A DNA stretch of 64,000 nucleotides from Candidatus Latescibacterota bacterium (GTDB taxonomy: Bacteria; Latescibacterota; UBA2968; GCA-2709665), in NCBI GenBank assembly GCA_965203805.1, contig OZ241917.1, forward strand, positions 3,392,001-3,456,000. Direction: 5' to 3'. Shown one piece after another: positions 49,176 through 60,091 of the stretch. The position numbers and the translations under genes were made by a program. How positions within the stretch are numbered: position 1 is the first letter of the stretch; the number at the start of each line of letters is the position of its first letter. The notes under the pieces are model-generated. The model was not told the DNA's origin. It did not search any database and saw only the letters and a list, made by a program, of their open reading frames with translations.

Positions 49176-50228
49176 TTACCATTGACACTTTGCTGGATTC
49201 AAGTTCCTAATTCCTTTTGTTCCTGATTCACCAAGCACGACTTCGAAACAACCTCCATCCCCACTTCTCAGTAAAGGGTTTTCTATTTCTTTTCCATAGT
49301 GAAATCTATGTCTTGAGGCAAAGGTGTCAACTGGTCCCTCGACAAACCACCTTCCATGCCTTCTTCCATAATTCATCTCGCCCGAACCGATTCGTATCGT
49401 TGTATCCTCAATAGTGTGTCCCTCAACCAGTCGAATCTTACCATAAATGGTTGTGTGCAACTTTCCCTTGCCATGTGGTATCCGCCCTGGGCATTCACCA
49501 AACCAGGAAGCTATGATTTCTGCATTGTTATGATCCCACAAGTAACAATTGTCTGGTTCTTTTAATAACTTCCAACAAGGTTCCCGTTTATGTTCCTTTC
49601 CACAAATGTCCTCTGGACGAATGGTTAAGGGATTTATTAGTTTTCGTCCTATTTGAAGTGGGTCTTTCTGTCCCTTCTTTACAACCCGGACCGATTTTTT
49701 CGGCGTAGGTATTCTGTCAATTTCTAGTTTAAACCAAAACTGATACACTTCAAGTGCGCCATCTATCAAAAACACTGCTCGAAATCCCAATTCCGGTTCA
49801 TGAAATTTTCCGGTTGTTAATTGGCCTATCAACCATAGTCTACCAAATTCCCCAAAGGCCACTTTTTCATCTGGGTCTGATAAGTCCAATGCTTGACCAA
49901 CGGGGAGTATTCGAACGGGAAATAAGGTATCCTCAGTATCTCCGGTTTCGAACGGATCACCTGTAAAATCAGTCAGGTATGATTTTTCCTGAATATAGAA
50001 TATGTCTTGTTTTAAACGATTGCGAATTTCAATAGCCAATTGATCATTTTCTACCAAACGAAAACTGATGGTAAATGCTTCTGTTCTGAATCGCGGATAG
50101 ATCCCTTTTAAGATCTCACCCTTTTCCGGTAACGAAACAACTCGAATCAGATCCAAAGTTTGTACTGTATCTACAGTCGCACATCCGATTAATGTAAAAG
50201 CAGCCCACGCTCTTATCCAATAAGCCAT
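49176..50228 (-). CDS. AT-rich hypothetical lipoprotein with MORN-like C-terminal region
   Basis: Lipobox LIGC; WFGECPGRIPHGKG, GEMNYGRRHGRW. Confidence 0.55.
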   Translation of the reverse strand: MAYWIRAWAAFTLIGCATVDTVQTLDLIRVVSLPEKGEILKGIYPRFRTEAFTISFRLVENDQLAIEIRNRLKQDIFYIQEKSYLTDFTGDPFETGDTEDTLFPVRILPVGQALDLSDPDEKVAFGEFGRLWLIGQLTTGKFHEPELGFRAVFLIDGALEVYQFWFKLEIDRIPTPKKSVRVVKKGQKDPLQIGRKLINPLTIRPEDICGKEHKREPCWKLLKEPDNCYLWDHNNAEIIASWFGECPGRIPHGKGKLHTTIYGKIRLVEGHTIEDTTIRIGSGEMNYGRRHGRWFVEGPVDTFASRHRFHYGKEIENPLLRSGDGGCFEVVLGESGTKGIRNLNPAKCQW

Positions 50229-50353
50229 GCTCACATACCCCTTATCAGTACTGGGGGCTCTATCGGCCCCTCTCCTTTTTCTCCTCACTTTGGTTTATTG
50301 ACTTTTGTCCACTCTTCAATGAAAACATCCGATTCGGATGCCTCTAACCCGAA

Positions 50354-50728
50354 CTATTCACGAGTTGTAATATCTTCACCCGCATAGTATCCCAAAGGTC
50401 TTTGTCTATTATATCCGGAACCTGCTACAGCGATATCTAAACGCCCATCACCATTTAAGTCCCCAATATCGAAATCCTGGGCAGTGAAGAAAGTTGTATG
50501 GTCCTCCCAAACCTTTTCCAACTCATCATCAATAATTCGAAACTGGGTCAAACCCGCGAAGGTAGATGGATTAAATTCACGTTTCCAAAAACAGATCAGA
50601 TTTTCAAAACCATTTTCGTATTTCCAGGCTACCTTAATTGTCCCTTCCGGAACATTGAAATGATGTGTCTCGGCCGAAAGGGAAGTGCTCCAGAATATCC
50701 CAACGAGAGCCAACACGAGTCGCATCAT
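50354..50728 (-). CDS. Short secreted FG-GAP/VCBS-repeat protein, probably truncated
   Basis: AGGAGG RBS, signal peptide, single GDLNGDGRLDIAV repeat. Confidence 0.55.
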   Translation of the reverse strand: MMRLVLALVGIFWSTSLSAETHHFNVPEGTIKVAWKYENGFENLICFWKREFNPSTFAGLTQFRIIDDELEKVWEDHTTFFTAQDFDIGDLNGDGRLDIAVAGSGYNRQRPLGYYAGEDITTRE

Positions 50729-51228
50729 TAACCTCCTATATTAGTAATCTTAAGTAAATTCAGTTTTGTAATCAATAGACCGAACTGAAGCTACTGAGTC
50801 ATACGCTCAGGGGGTCGTCCTGGTAGCTGGTAAATCCGACTTATCGCCTGGGTGTCAAAATCGGTTTTAAATTAGACAGAAACGACGGTTTAAAAATGGA
50901 CACTTCCGTGTAAGATCGCTGCAATACGCAACGAAGCCCTGCCTGTGCTTATAGTAGGGATATCCACACATATCCCAAAAAGCACAGGAGGGCTCGTACC
51001 CATGATATTAAGGGAGATGTCCATGCAGATCAAGTATTTGAGTGATGTTAATGATCGCCCATATGCGGCCAATGCGGGATCGGCATAATGAGGCCAGCTG
51101 AAGATCGCCCTAATGGGGCCACTTCAGGATCGGCCTAATGAGGCCACCTGGGATGCGATAAAGGTTTCGGACTATCCGGCAACGGTTCTACCTTCTTTCT
51201 GTCTCCCCGACAGTCAGGAGGGAAGGAC

Positions 51229-52802
51229 ATGGCCAACCGGAGGTTTGAGATGTATCAGTATCGCCAGGTATTGACGCGTATGCGGTTGGGCGATTCGGAT
51301 CGTGCGATCGCCCGTTCCGGGTTGATGGGTCGGCGGAAGGCCGGCGCGCTTCGTGAAGTGGCAGGCCGTGAGGGATGGCTGGACGCTTCCAACGTGTTGC
51401 CCGATGATGCCACGCTGGTGCAGGTGGTTCAGGTTCCAACCTCGCGGCCTCAGTCGGCCTCGTCGGTTTTGCCCTACCAGGACAAGGTGACAGCTTGGTG
51501 GCGTGAGGGTATCCGGGGTACCGTCATCCACCAGGCGTTGGTGGACACCTACGGCTATGCTGGCTCGTATGCTTCCATCCGTCGTTTTCTCCAGCAGCTC
51601 AAAGACGCTCATCCCGACGTCACCACCGTGTTGGACTTCGATCCGGGCGACGTGGCGCAGGTGGACTTCGGGCGGGGTCCCACGATAGAGGACGTCTTCA
51701 CCCACCAGACCATCGCGACGTGGATCTTCGTGATGGTACTGGCCTGGTCTCGCCACCAGTATGCCGAGATCGTGCCGGACCAGAAGGTCGAGACGTGGCT
51801 TTCCTGCCACAGAAGCGCCTTCGAGTTCTTCGGCGGAGTCCCGGCACGCGTGGTGATCGACAACCCCAAAAACGCCATCACCAGGGCCTGCTACCACGAT
51901 CCGGAGGTGCAGCGCGCCTACGGCGAGTGCGCCTGCCTGCGTCCCTCGGACAGGCAGGCCGAAGGCTATGGCTTCACCATCTCCCCGTGCCCCGTGCGAG
52001 ACCCGAAGAAGAAGGGGCGCGTGGAGGCGGCCGTGAAGGTTGTCAAGCGCAGCTTTGTTCCCCTGCGCCAGTTCCGTGACATCAGAGATGCCAACCGGCA
52101 GTTGCAGGACTGGATCCCGGGGTGGCCGGTAACCGCATTCACGGCACCACCCACGAACGACCCCTGACACGCTTTGCACAGACCGAGCGCGAGTTCCTCA
52201 AGCCGTTACCCGCCATTCCACCTGAGCAGGCGGCCTGGGCCAAGGTGAAGGTTCACGGCGACTGCCACGTCCAGTTCGAGAAGTGTCGATACTCCGTGCC
52301 CTATGCCCTGGTGCGCCAACAGCTCTGGTTGCGGGCCAGCCCAAAAACCGTGAGGATCTACCAGAACCACAACATGGTGGCCGTTCATCCCCGTAAAAAC
52401 ACACCTGGTGCACGCGCGACCGTTACCGAACATCTGCCGCCAGAGGCGCGCGCTTTCCTGATGCGCGATCCACAATGGTGCCTCAAACAGGCACAGCGTA
52501 TCGGTCCTTCCTGCCACCGCCTCATCAAGACCCTCTTCTCCGATCGCGTGCTGGACAACCTCCGCGCGGCGCAGGGCATCATCCGACTTTCCGAACGCTA
52601 CGGCGCAAGGCGCCTTGAGGCCGCCTGCGACCGCGCCCTGGCCTATGACAACCCCCGCTACCGGAGTGTGAAGAGCATCCTCGAAAAAGGTCTGGACCAA
52701 CATAAGCATCCAGACGAGACGTCCACAGACCCGCACACCCTCGCGTCAGCCTATACGGGAGAGGGACGTTTCTGTCGCGATGCCACAACCCTCTTCAGCT
52801 AA
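51229..52802 (+). pseudogene. istA: IS21 transposase IstA, frameshifted near 52115 and carrying a 27-nt in-frame insertion
   Basis: AQVDFG, FGGVP, DNPK, KGRVE in one frame; NRIHGTT, YSVP in a second frame. Confidence 0.85.
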
Positions 52803-52821
52803 AAAACGGGAGAACAACAAA

Positions 52822-53601
52822 ATGAACCCCATGCCTGAACTTGCCCCCATGCTCATAAGACTGCGCCTGTCCGGCATCCTTGAGACTCTGCCTGCCAGAA
52901 ACCAGGAAGCCATCGACAACAAACTCGCTTACAGCGAGTTCCTCGCCCTGCTTGTCCAGGACGAGGTCGCACGCAGAGAACACAAAAAGTTCAACCTGCG
53001 CCTGCGACGCGCGGGCTTCCGCGGCGAGAAAACCCTCGAGGGCTTCGACTTCGCCTTCAACCCCGCCATCAATCAGGCCTTCATCAAGGACCTGGCCACC
53101 TGTGCCTTCATCAAGGAAAAGGTCGCGGTACTGATTGCAGGACCCTGCGGCACTGGCAAAAGCCACATCGCACAAGCCCTGGGACACCTCGCCGTCAGAG
53201 CCGGCTACGACACCCTGTTCACCACACAAACCAAGCTGTTGGGACAACTCCACGCAGCCCGCGCCACAGATACCTTCCAGCGGCGCTTCCACAATGTTGT
53301 CAAAACCCCGCTGCTCATCATCGATGACTTCGGCCTCAAACCCTTAACGCCGCCACACGACGAGGACTTCCACGACCTCATCTCTGAACGCTATGAACGC
53401 GCCGCCACCATCGTCACCTCTAACCTCGACTTCTCCGAATGGGGCGACGCCTTCACCAATCGACTCCTCGGTGCCGCCACCCTCGACCGTCTCAGACACG
53501 GCGCCTATCGCGTCATCCTCGACGGCGAAAGCTTCCGTGCACCTAAACCCCTACCACAATCACCAAAAAAACACCTTGGAAAGGAGGCCCAAGAACACTA
53601 A
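52822..53601 (+). CDS. istB: IS21 helper ATPase IstB
   Basis: GPCGTGKSH, LLIIDDFG, TSNL, LDRLRH, GESFR. Confidence 0.9.
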   Translation: MNPMPELAPMLIRLRLSGILETLPARNQEAIDNKLAYSEFLALLVQDEVARREHKKFNLRLRRAGFRGEKTLEGFDFAFNPAINQAFIKDLATCAFIKEKVAVLIAGPCGTGKSHIAQALGHLAVRAGYDTLFTTQTKLLGQLHAARATDTFQRRFHNVVKTPLLIIDDFGLKPLTPPHDEDFHDLISERYERAATIVTSNLDFSEWGDAFTNRLLGAATLDRLRHGAYRVILDGESFRAPKPLPQSPKKHLGKEAQEH

Positions 53602-54192
53602 TTATATGCCCCTTCCGAAACCCTGAAATCGACACTTCCAGGTGGCTCCATTATGCCGATCATGGGTGGCCTCATTAGGGCGATCCGTGACAAGTGAAGA
53701 CGGTGTTCCGAAGGCACGGATTGCCCGACAGTTGGGCGTCTCACGGCAGACGGTGTATAACCACCTGAACCGTGAGGGGGTGTTTCGCAAGGTGAGGGCG
53801 CCACGCGCCACGAAGCTGGATGCGTATAAGGGCGTGATCCGGACGCGTCTGGAGCAGTTCGATTTGCCCGGGACGGTGCTGTTGCGGGAACTGCGTTTGC
53901 AAGGCTATACCGGTCACCGGTCTTACGCGACCTCTCCCCCCGGCCCCCTCTCCCGGGGGGAGAGGGGGAGACAACCAGGAGACGCGTCCGGTGGTGTGGA
54001 AGGGGCTGTTGTTCGCGTCAAAAACCGCCGCTCACCATCAGCCACGAACGCAGTTCCAACGGGTGTATATCCGCCGGCAGGCGACCTGTCAGGACACGAT
54101 GGAAAAACCGCACGAGGACCAACCGGTTTCCATTCTTCCTTTTTCGTTCTTCCTTTTTCATTCTTCCCTTTCCCGTCTCACCTGGGAGAGGG

Positions 54193-54522
54193 TTAAGTCT
54201 CAATGTCCAACGCGACGGCGAGCGCATTGTCGAGTTCGCGGACCTTATTGGGAGACAGGGTGCCGATAAAGCGGGTCAACGCGGACTTGGGAATGCTGAC
54301 CAGTTGGTCGCAGAAGATGCTGCTGTCATGCTTCAGGCCTTCGTTCGCCCCCACGGGGACCTGGGAGGAAAGGCCGTCAAAGGAGGAAAAGACCGGAGCA
54401 CAGACAACGGTCGAGAACTTCGAATCGATGAGAGCCTGGCGGCTGACGATGACAAAGACGCGATAGTCCCGGGGGTCCTCGCGCGACCCCTTATAGACCC
54501 TGTAGAGTTCCCCGCGCGTCAC
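54193..54522 (-). CDS. PemK/MazF-family toxin
   Basis: [41 protein letters not shown]. Confidence 0.85.
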   Translation of the reverse strand: MTRGELYRVYKGSREDPRDYRVFVIVSRQALIDSKFSTVVCAPVFSSFDGLSSQVPVGANEGLKHDSSIFCDQLVSIPKSALTRFIGTLSPNKVRELDNALAVALDIET

Positions 54523-54758
54523 AGATGGGCCTGATAGGCAAGCACGTCATTCGCTTCATCGTTGAATTGCGACGCCTTGCGGTCGAGGATTTCCGCATCC
54601 CGGGAATCCCGAATCCTTCTTCTCAATAGAGCAACATATTGCTTCAACGCGGCCTCCAGGAACGCCGATCGGTTCGTCGGCGTATCGGGCGCACTCAAGA
54701 GGCTGTCCATCTCCCGGACCAGCCCTTCGGACAGGGTAATCGAGGTTTTGATTTTCAA
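54519..54758 (-). CDS. Ribbon-helix-helix antitoxin
   Basis: KIKTSITLS...[10 protein letters not shown]; AAGGAGG RBS before TTG; 4-nt overlap with the toxin gene. Confidence 0.75.
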   Translation of the reverse strand: MKIKTSITLSEGLVREMDSLLSAPDTPTNRSAFLEAALKQYVALLRRRIRDSRDAEILDRKASQFNDEANDVLAYQAHL

Positions 54759-55876
54759 CGGGACCTCCTTCACCAAATGCAATGGGTAGTATATTTATCT
54801 TACTAAAAGTAGTATAAATGGAGGCTTTTATCAAGAAGATTGGCTATCGGCTTTCAGCAGTCAGCCATCAGCAATCAGCTTGAAGCAAGAGCGAGAATCA
54901 GCTCACACAAAGACACGAAGACACAAAGAAAACCAAACCAGAATCCAGCAGTCAGCTAAAAGCAAAAACGAAGACCAACAAGCCGCAAATCAAATTCAAC
55001 ATCCACATCTCCCCAAATTCCCTGCCTACGGCGTGTTCCTTTTGAAGCGACCAAAAGGAACCAAAAGTCGCCACTGGGCGTGGGGCCTGCTATATGCATT
55101 GCGCGAACACGCTCACAGGATACACGGGATACGCTGGCCTGGCACCCTGCGTAGCACGTCGGGCCGCGTCGCTGGACGGAACCGCGCGCTCTGCTCTGGG
55201 TGCCCTCCGGTCGGGAAATGCTCTTCGTAGACCGATGAGTGCCTTGATGATGAGCACAGCGGTTAGCTCTCAGCGATCAGCGTGAGTCAAGAGCGCCCTC
55301 ACCCCCAACCCCGCAGACCTCTCCCCCCTGCCTGCCGAAAAACCACCGCCAGGCAGGGACCCTCTCCTGTGAGGAGAGGGTAACGAACGCCACGCGATAG
55401 GATCCCGCTATCCCCCTTCCTTGCAGGAAGGGGGATAGCGGGTAGGTTGGTGGGGGTGGGACCGGAAGCGCATAATTGTCAAGATCGCAAATGCATCAAA
55501 CCTCGCGCAGTTCACTCAAGCGCACGGCGGTGTGGAAGGGGCTTTTCCGCGCGAGTCCGTCCAGCAACGTCGTGCGGGAATGCCTGCGAGGGTTTCAGGG
55601 CAACGTCTCCCGGTGTCTCCACTGAAGCGGTTCGCGGAAAAGCAGCCCCGCGGCGTTTGAGCGGCACGCTTCTTTTTGGTCCTTTTTCTTACGTGGATAA
55701 GAAAAAGGACGAAGAGAAAATGAAAGTTGGTGGGAGAGGTTAAGTTTCGGTCCCCCAGGAGGTTAGTTCCAACGGGTGTATGTCCGCCGACGGGCATTTT
55801 TTCGGGATGTTATGGACAATCCCCACGAGGATCAACCCGTTTCCGTTCTTCCTTTTTCCTTCTTCCTTCTTCCCTT

Positions 55877-56851
55877 TTACGTCTCCCCGCCTTTAACCAT
55901 CGGTCCCATCGCCTGGATGTGCTCCGGGCCGGTCGCGCAGCAGCCGCCGATGATTTGCGCGCCCATGGCCTTCCACTGGCCGGCGTACGCGGCAAGCCGT
56001 TCGGGCGTGTTGTCGCCCCACTGCAGGATTTCGGCCGGCCCATCCGGAGATTCCGCGGATTCCAGGGGCGCGAGCGGACGATATCCGATATTCGGATACG
56101 CGCCAACGCAGCCGTCGAAGGCCTGCCTGAGTAGCGGAAGTCCGGCCGAAACCTCTTCCGGCGCCGTGCACATGATCAGGACCCCGGTGACGCCACGAAA
56201 GCCCAGCGCGTCGACGAGGTCCTCAAGGCGTTCTTCGTATTGCATGGTCCCGTCTTCCCGGATATGCCGGATACCCAGAAACACCGGCAGGCCTGTCTCC
56301 GCGCACGCATCCGCGGCCGCCACGCAGTCGGCGATATGTCCGATGTACTCCACCCAGATCGCGTCTACGCCGACCCCGGCAAGCAGCCTGGCATGGTCGC
56401 CGATCTCCTTCCGGTACGCCTCGGCTCCCATGATGTCCACGTCGGGCGGGGTTCCTTCGGCGCGCCGCTGAAGACACGGCGCCGAGATCCCGCCGGCGAC
56501 AAACGCACCCGGCTTGACCGCATCGCGCGCGGCGATCGCGTTTTCCCCTGCCGCGCGGGCGTACGCCTCCCACCGGTCCCCGAGTCCGATGGGCGTCATT
56601 CGGGCAGGGCTCGTCCAGAAGTTGTTGCTGATGATGATATCGGCGCCCGCGCGGAGGTAGTCGGCGTGGACTTCCCTGACCGACTCCGGCGCGTCGATAT
56701 TGGCCGTGGCCGACCAGGCCTGGAGTCCGCCCTCGGCCGTTGCGCCTTTCAACACGTCGACGCCTCTCCGTTGCAACTCGGAGCCTGTTCCTCCGTCCAG
56801 GAGAAGCGTCTCCCCGCTCTCGATCCGATCCGCAATTCGTTTTGAAGACAT
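55877..56851 (-). CDS. Homocysteine S-methyltransferase family protein
   Basis: LLDGGTGSEL, VHADYLRAGA, IMC, AYPN, IIGGCC..GPEHI. Confidence 0.9.
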   Translation of the reverse strand: MSSKRIADRIESGETLLLDGGTGSELQRRGVDVLKGATAEGGLQAWSATANIDAPESVREVHADYLRAGADIIISNNFWTSPARMTPIGLGDRWEAYARAAGENAIAARDAVKPGAFVAGGISAPCLQRRAEGTPPDVDIMGAEAYRKEIGDHARLLAGVGVDAIWVEYIGHIADCVAAADACAETGLPVFLGIRHIREDGTMQYEERLEDLVDALGFRGVTGVLIMCTAPEEVSAGLPLLRQAFDGCVGAYPNIGYRPLAPLESAESPDGPAEILQWGDNTPERLAAYAGQWKAMGAQIIGGCCATGPEHIQAMGPMVKGGET

Positions 56852-57768
56852 TTCTTCCTCCTTCTCGTAAGTCAGCGGTCAGCCATCAGCATTCAGCTTG
56901 AGTCAAGAGCGAGAATCAGCTCACACAAAGACGCGAAGACACAAAGGAAACCAAACCAGAAACCAGCAGTCAGCTTGAAGCAAAAGCGCCCTCGCCCCCA
57001 GGCCCGCAGACCTCTCCCCCCAACCCCCTCTCCCGGGGGGAGAGGGGGAGTAGAATCAGCCTGAAGCCGTCAGCATGAAGCGAAAGATTAGAATCAAATT
57101 CAACATCCACATCTCCCCAAATTCCATAAAGGCGGGGAGACGGGAGAGGTGAGACGTGAGATGATCACTCGCGGCCACGGGACGACGATATGGCCGGGCG
57201 AGACCTCCTCCCTGATGCGCAGACCTCTCCCCCCTGCCTGCCGAAAAACCACCGCCAGGCAGGGACCCTCTCCTATAAGGAAAGGGTAACGAACGCCTCG
57301 CGATAGGATCCCGCTTTCCCCCTTCCTCACAGGAAGGGGGTAGGTCTGAAAGGCGGGGAGAGGGAAGACGTGAGACGGGAGATGATATCAGTGCCTTATG
57401 GTTTTTCTTGATTGTTACGATATCGGTAAATAATCAGGCACGGTTTATGTAGAAACACAGCTGTAAATGTCTTCATCTACCGTCTACCCTCTTACGTCTC
57501 ACCGCCTTCAACTACCGTCTACCCTCTCACCGCTTTTTGAAAAGGACGAAGAAGAAAATAGTAAGTTAGAGATGTGAAGTTTGGGACCGCCCGGAACGCT
57601 GTTCCAACGGGTATCTGTCCGCCGCCAGGCGCCCTGTCAGGACATGATGGATAATCCCCACGCGGACCAACCCGTTTTCCTTCTTCCTTCCTCCCTCTCC
57701 CCTCTCACCGCCTTCAGGTTTTCATTCTTAATTCTTCATTCTTAATTTTTCCTTCTTCCTTTCCCGTC

Positions 57769-59031
57769 TCACCGCTCCTGCGCCGGATCGGTTGCCGGTA
57801 GCGTAAATCGCACCCGATCGAACCGCCGCGCCATGGCCATCGCGCGGTCCCGGGCGCCCTCGGGATCCCGTTCGCTGAGCACGTCCAGAATACAGCCGGC
57901 GATTTCGGGGGCGTCCGACTCCGTCATGCCGTACCGGGTCACCTCCTGCACGCCGATTCGCAGGCCGTGCCTGCCCAGCCCCTCCGGAGCGCCGGCCGCA
58001 TTGACGAGAATGTGGCACGCTTCCAGCTTTCTGACCAGCGGCCCGCTCTCGCCGAACGCATCCACGACTGGAAGCACCGTGTGCGATTCCGTATAGCCCC
58101 GGTCGGCGCCCACCAACGGCACGCCCTGTTCGTGGAAGGCCCGGCCCAGCGCTTTGGCATTGCCCACGATCGCATCCGCATGCGCCTCCCCGCACGCCAT
58201 CCACTCCAGGAACGTCCCCGCGAGCGACGGCAGGCGGCTCAGGTGATGGTTGGCGATCATCAGCGGGGATATGGCTTTCGCTATCCGCTCCGCGACGTCA
58301 CGGTCGTTGGTCAGGACCATCCCCCCCTGCGGCCCGGCCAGCGTTTTGTGCGTGCTCGTCACCATTGCGTCCGCGCCTTCCGCCAGGGGAGACTGAAACC
58401 GCCCGCCCGCAATCAGGCCCATCACGTGGGCCGCGTCGTAAACGAGGAACGAACCGGGACAATAGCGGTCCATCGCCTCCCTCAGCTCCCGGACGGGCTG
58501 GGGAAAGAGGAACTGCGCCGATCCGATGCTCACCAGCGCGGGACGGTGCTCGCGGATCAGCGAAACCGTGCGGTCCAGGTCGATATTGGAATTCAACCCG
58601 TCCCATGGGATCGGAATCGAATTCAGATCCACCTTCAAGCCGGAGTTCGCCAGCTTCGCGGCATACATGTGCCCGTTATGCGCCTCGAGCACCGTATCTC
58701 CAGGACCGGCAAGCGCAAACAGGGCGATCAGGCCGGCGATATTTCCGGACAGGGGTCGCAGGTCCACGTACGCGGCTCCGAAGAGCTGTTTCGCCAGGTC
58801 CTGGGCCATCTCTTCGATCTGCGTCAGAAACGCATTCCCCGGGTACCCCCGGTTTCGCGGATCGATACCGGTATAGGAGCCGTACCTGTGGTCCAGATCG
58901 TTCACGATCAGCCGCTCCACCAGCGGGCTCGGCCGGGTCTCCGACGCAATCAGATTCAGGCAGCGTTCCCGAAACGTCGTATGCGCTTCGACCAGCGTAT
59001 CGATTTCCCGGACCTTGCGGGCGAAATCCAT
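57769..59031 (-). CDS. Serine hydroxymethyltransferase-like PLP enzyme (atypical)
   Basis: LNLIASE, YDAAHVMGLIAGG, TSTHKTLAGPQGG, GLRIGVQEVTRYG. Confidence 0.8.
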   Translation of the reverse strand: MDFARKVREIDTLVEAHTTFRERCLNLIASETRPSPLVERLIVNDLDHRYGSYTGIDPRNRGYPGNAFLTQIEEMAQDLAKQLFGAAYVDLRPLSGNIAGLIALFALAGPGDTVLEAHNGHMYAAKLANSGLKVDLNSIPIPWDGLNSNIDLDRTVSLIREHRPALVSIGSAQFLFPQPVRELREAMDRYCPGSFLVYDAAHVMGLIAGGRFQSPLAEGADAMVTSTHKTLAGPQGGMVLTNDRDVAERIAKAISPLMIANHHLSRLPSLAGTFLEWMACGEAHADAIVGNAKALGRAFHEQGVPLVGADRGYTESHTVLPVVDAFGESGPLVRKLEACHILVNAAGAPEGLGRHGLRIGVQEVTRYGMTESDAPEIAGCILDVLSERDPEGARDRAMAMARRFDRVRFTLPATDPAQER

Positions 59032-59044
59032 GGGAATTTCCCTT

Positions 59045-60091
59045 CTATGTTAACGCATCGATCAGGTCGACTTCGCTGTAAAGCAGCGCCCGCGCAAAGG
59101 CGCCCTGCCCCAGATAGTCGGGCGCATTCCACGCTCCGGGCGCGCAGTAACAGGCCGTCACCAGCCGCTCTCCCAGCCTCACGCTCGAGGGGTACCCCAG
59201 GTCGCTGTCGCCCAGGTCGTCGCATACGATGAACGGACCGCTCCAGCTCCGCCCCCCGTCTTTGCTCACCCGGGCCTGCATGCCGAACGGGTCGTGCCGC
59301 ACGCCGTAGACCATCAGGATCCAGCCGTTGGATAGCAGCGTGAGGTCCGCCGGGTGTTCCCGTCCCCCGGTCACCTCAAGCGGCGCATCCCATGTATGCC
59401 CAAGGTCCGTCGAACGGCACACCGAGATCAAGCCCCCATCGTGGACCGAACGCATTGCGGCGATCAGAACGCCGTCGCCGGTCGAAAGCAGCGCCGTTTC
59501 ATTGTATCCATCGGCAATAAGCGATGGGCGATCCCACGTCCTGCCGCAGTCGTCGGAACGCAGAATATACGCGCAATCGCCCGTGTCGTCTCCTGAAGGG
59601 GTATCGGAGCCGTAAAGGGGCAGCAGCATCGCACCGCCCGGCAGGGTGACGATCCTCCCGAACGCGGAGTGCTTCTCCATCCCCGCGAAGTCCAGGGGTT
59701 CGGAGTCTTGCCAGGTTCGCCCTCCGTCGCGGGAGCGGGTCTGGCGCATCTGCACCCGGCACAACTGCGGCATCCAGCTTCCGTCATCGCCATAGGACCC
59801 CTGTGCGTGGTACGCCAGCACAACCGTGCCGTCGGGCGCCACCCCCACCGCCGGATTCCGGTCGTCCGCACCGGAGTCGACGATCACGACCGGCGCTTCC
59901 CAGGTACGGCCGGCGTCGGGCGAACGAATCGCTTCCAGGCGGCCGGTAACGCCCACGTGACCCGCACCGGCGCGCACTACGGCCAGGATTTCTTCGCCGC
60001 CCACGCTGGCGAGTACCGGGAAATAGCCCCGGTCGCGGCAGATGAGCACCTCGGCGGCCGAAGGAAACCGGCGAAAATCGATCGTGTTCAT
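59045..60091 (-). CDS. Sialidase-like BNR/Asp-box beta-propeller protein
   Basis: Five SxDxGxTW-type boxes; DLGYPSSV. Confidence 0.8.
   Translation of the reverse strand: MNTIDFRRFPSAAEVLICRDRGYFPVLASVGGEEILAVVRAGAGHVGVTGRLEAIRSPDAGRTWEAPVVIVDSGADDRNPAVGVAPDGTVVLAYHAQGSYGDDGSWMPQLCRVQMRQTRSRDGGRTWQDSEPLDFAGMEKHSAFGRIVTLPGGAMLLPLYGSDTPSGDDTGDCAYILRSDDCGRTWDRPSLIADGYNETALLSTGDGVLIAAMRSVHDGGLISVCRSTDLGHTWDAPLEVTGGREHPADLTLLSNGWILMVYGVRHDPFGMQARVSKDGGRSWSGPFIVCDDLGDSDLGYPSSVRLGERLVTACYCAPGAWNAPDYLGQGAFARALLYSEVDLIDALT

Larger units (their letters stand above)
51046..53692 (+). mobile_element. IS21-family insertion sequence with 5-bp target duplication AGTGA
   Basis: TGT...ACA ends with multiple GATCG(C/G)C(C/A)TAATG repeats; AGTGA at 51041-51045 and 53693-53697; istA and istB inside. 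Confidence 0.9.
50853..53916 (+). mobile_element. Truncated IS21-family element (left end plus 5' istA) interrupted by a second IS21
   Basis: TGTCAAAATCGGTTTTAAATTAGACA left end; joining 51002-51045 to 53698 onward restores MILREMSMQIKYLSEDGVPKARIARQLGVSRQTVYNHL...KLDAYK...LQGYTG. Confidence 0.75.

Noticed and set aside
51046-51150. Regularly spaced ~24-nt repeats resembling a mini CRISPR array
   Set aside because: No unique spacers; these are IS21 terminal multiple repeats mirrored at 53638-53692
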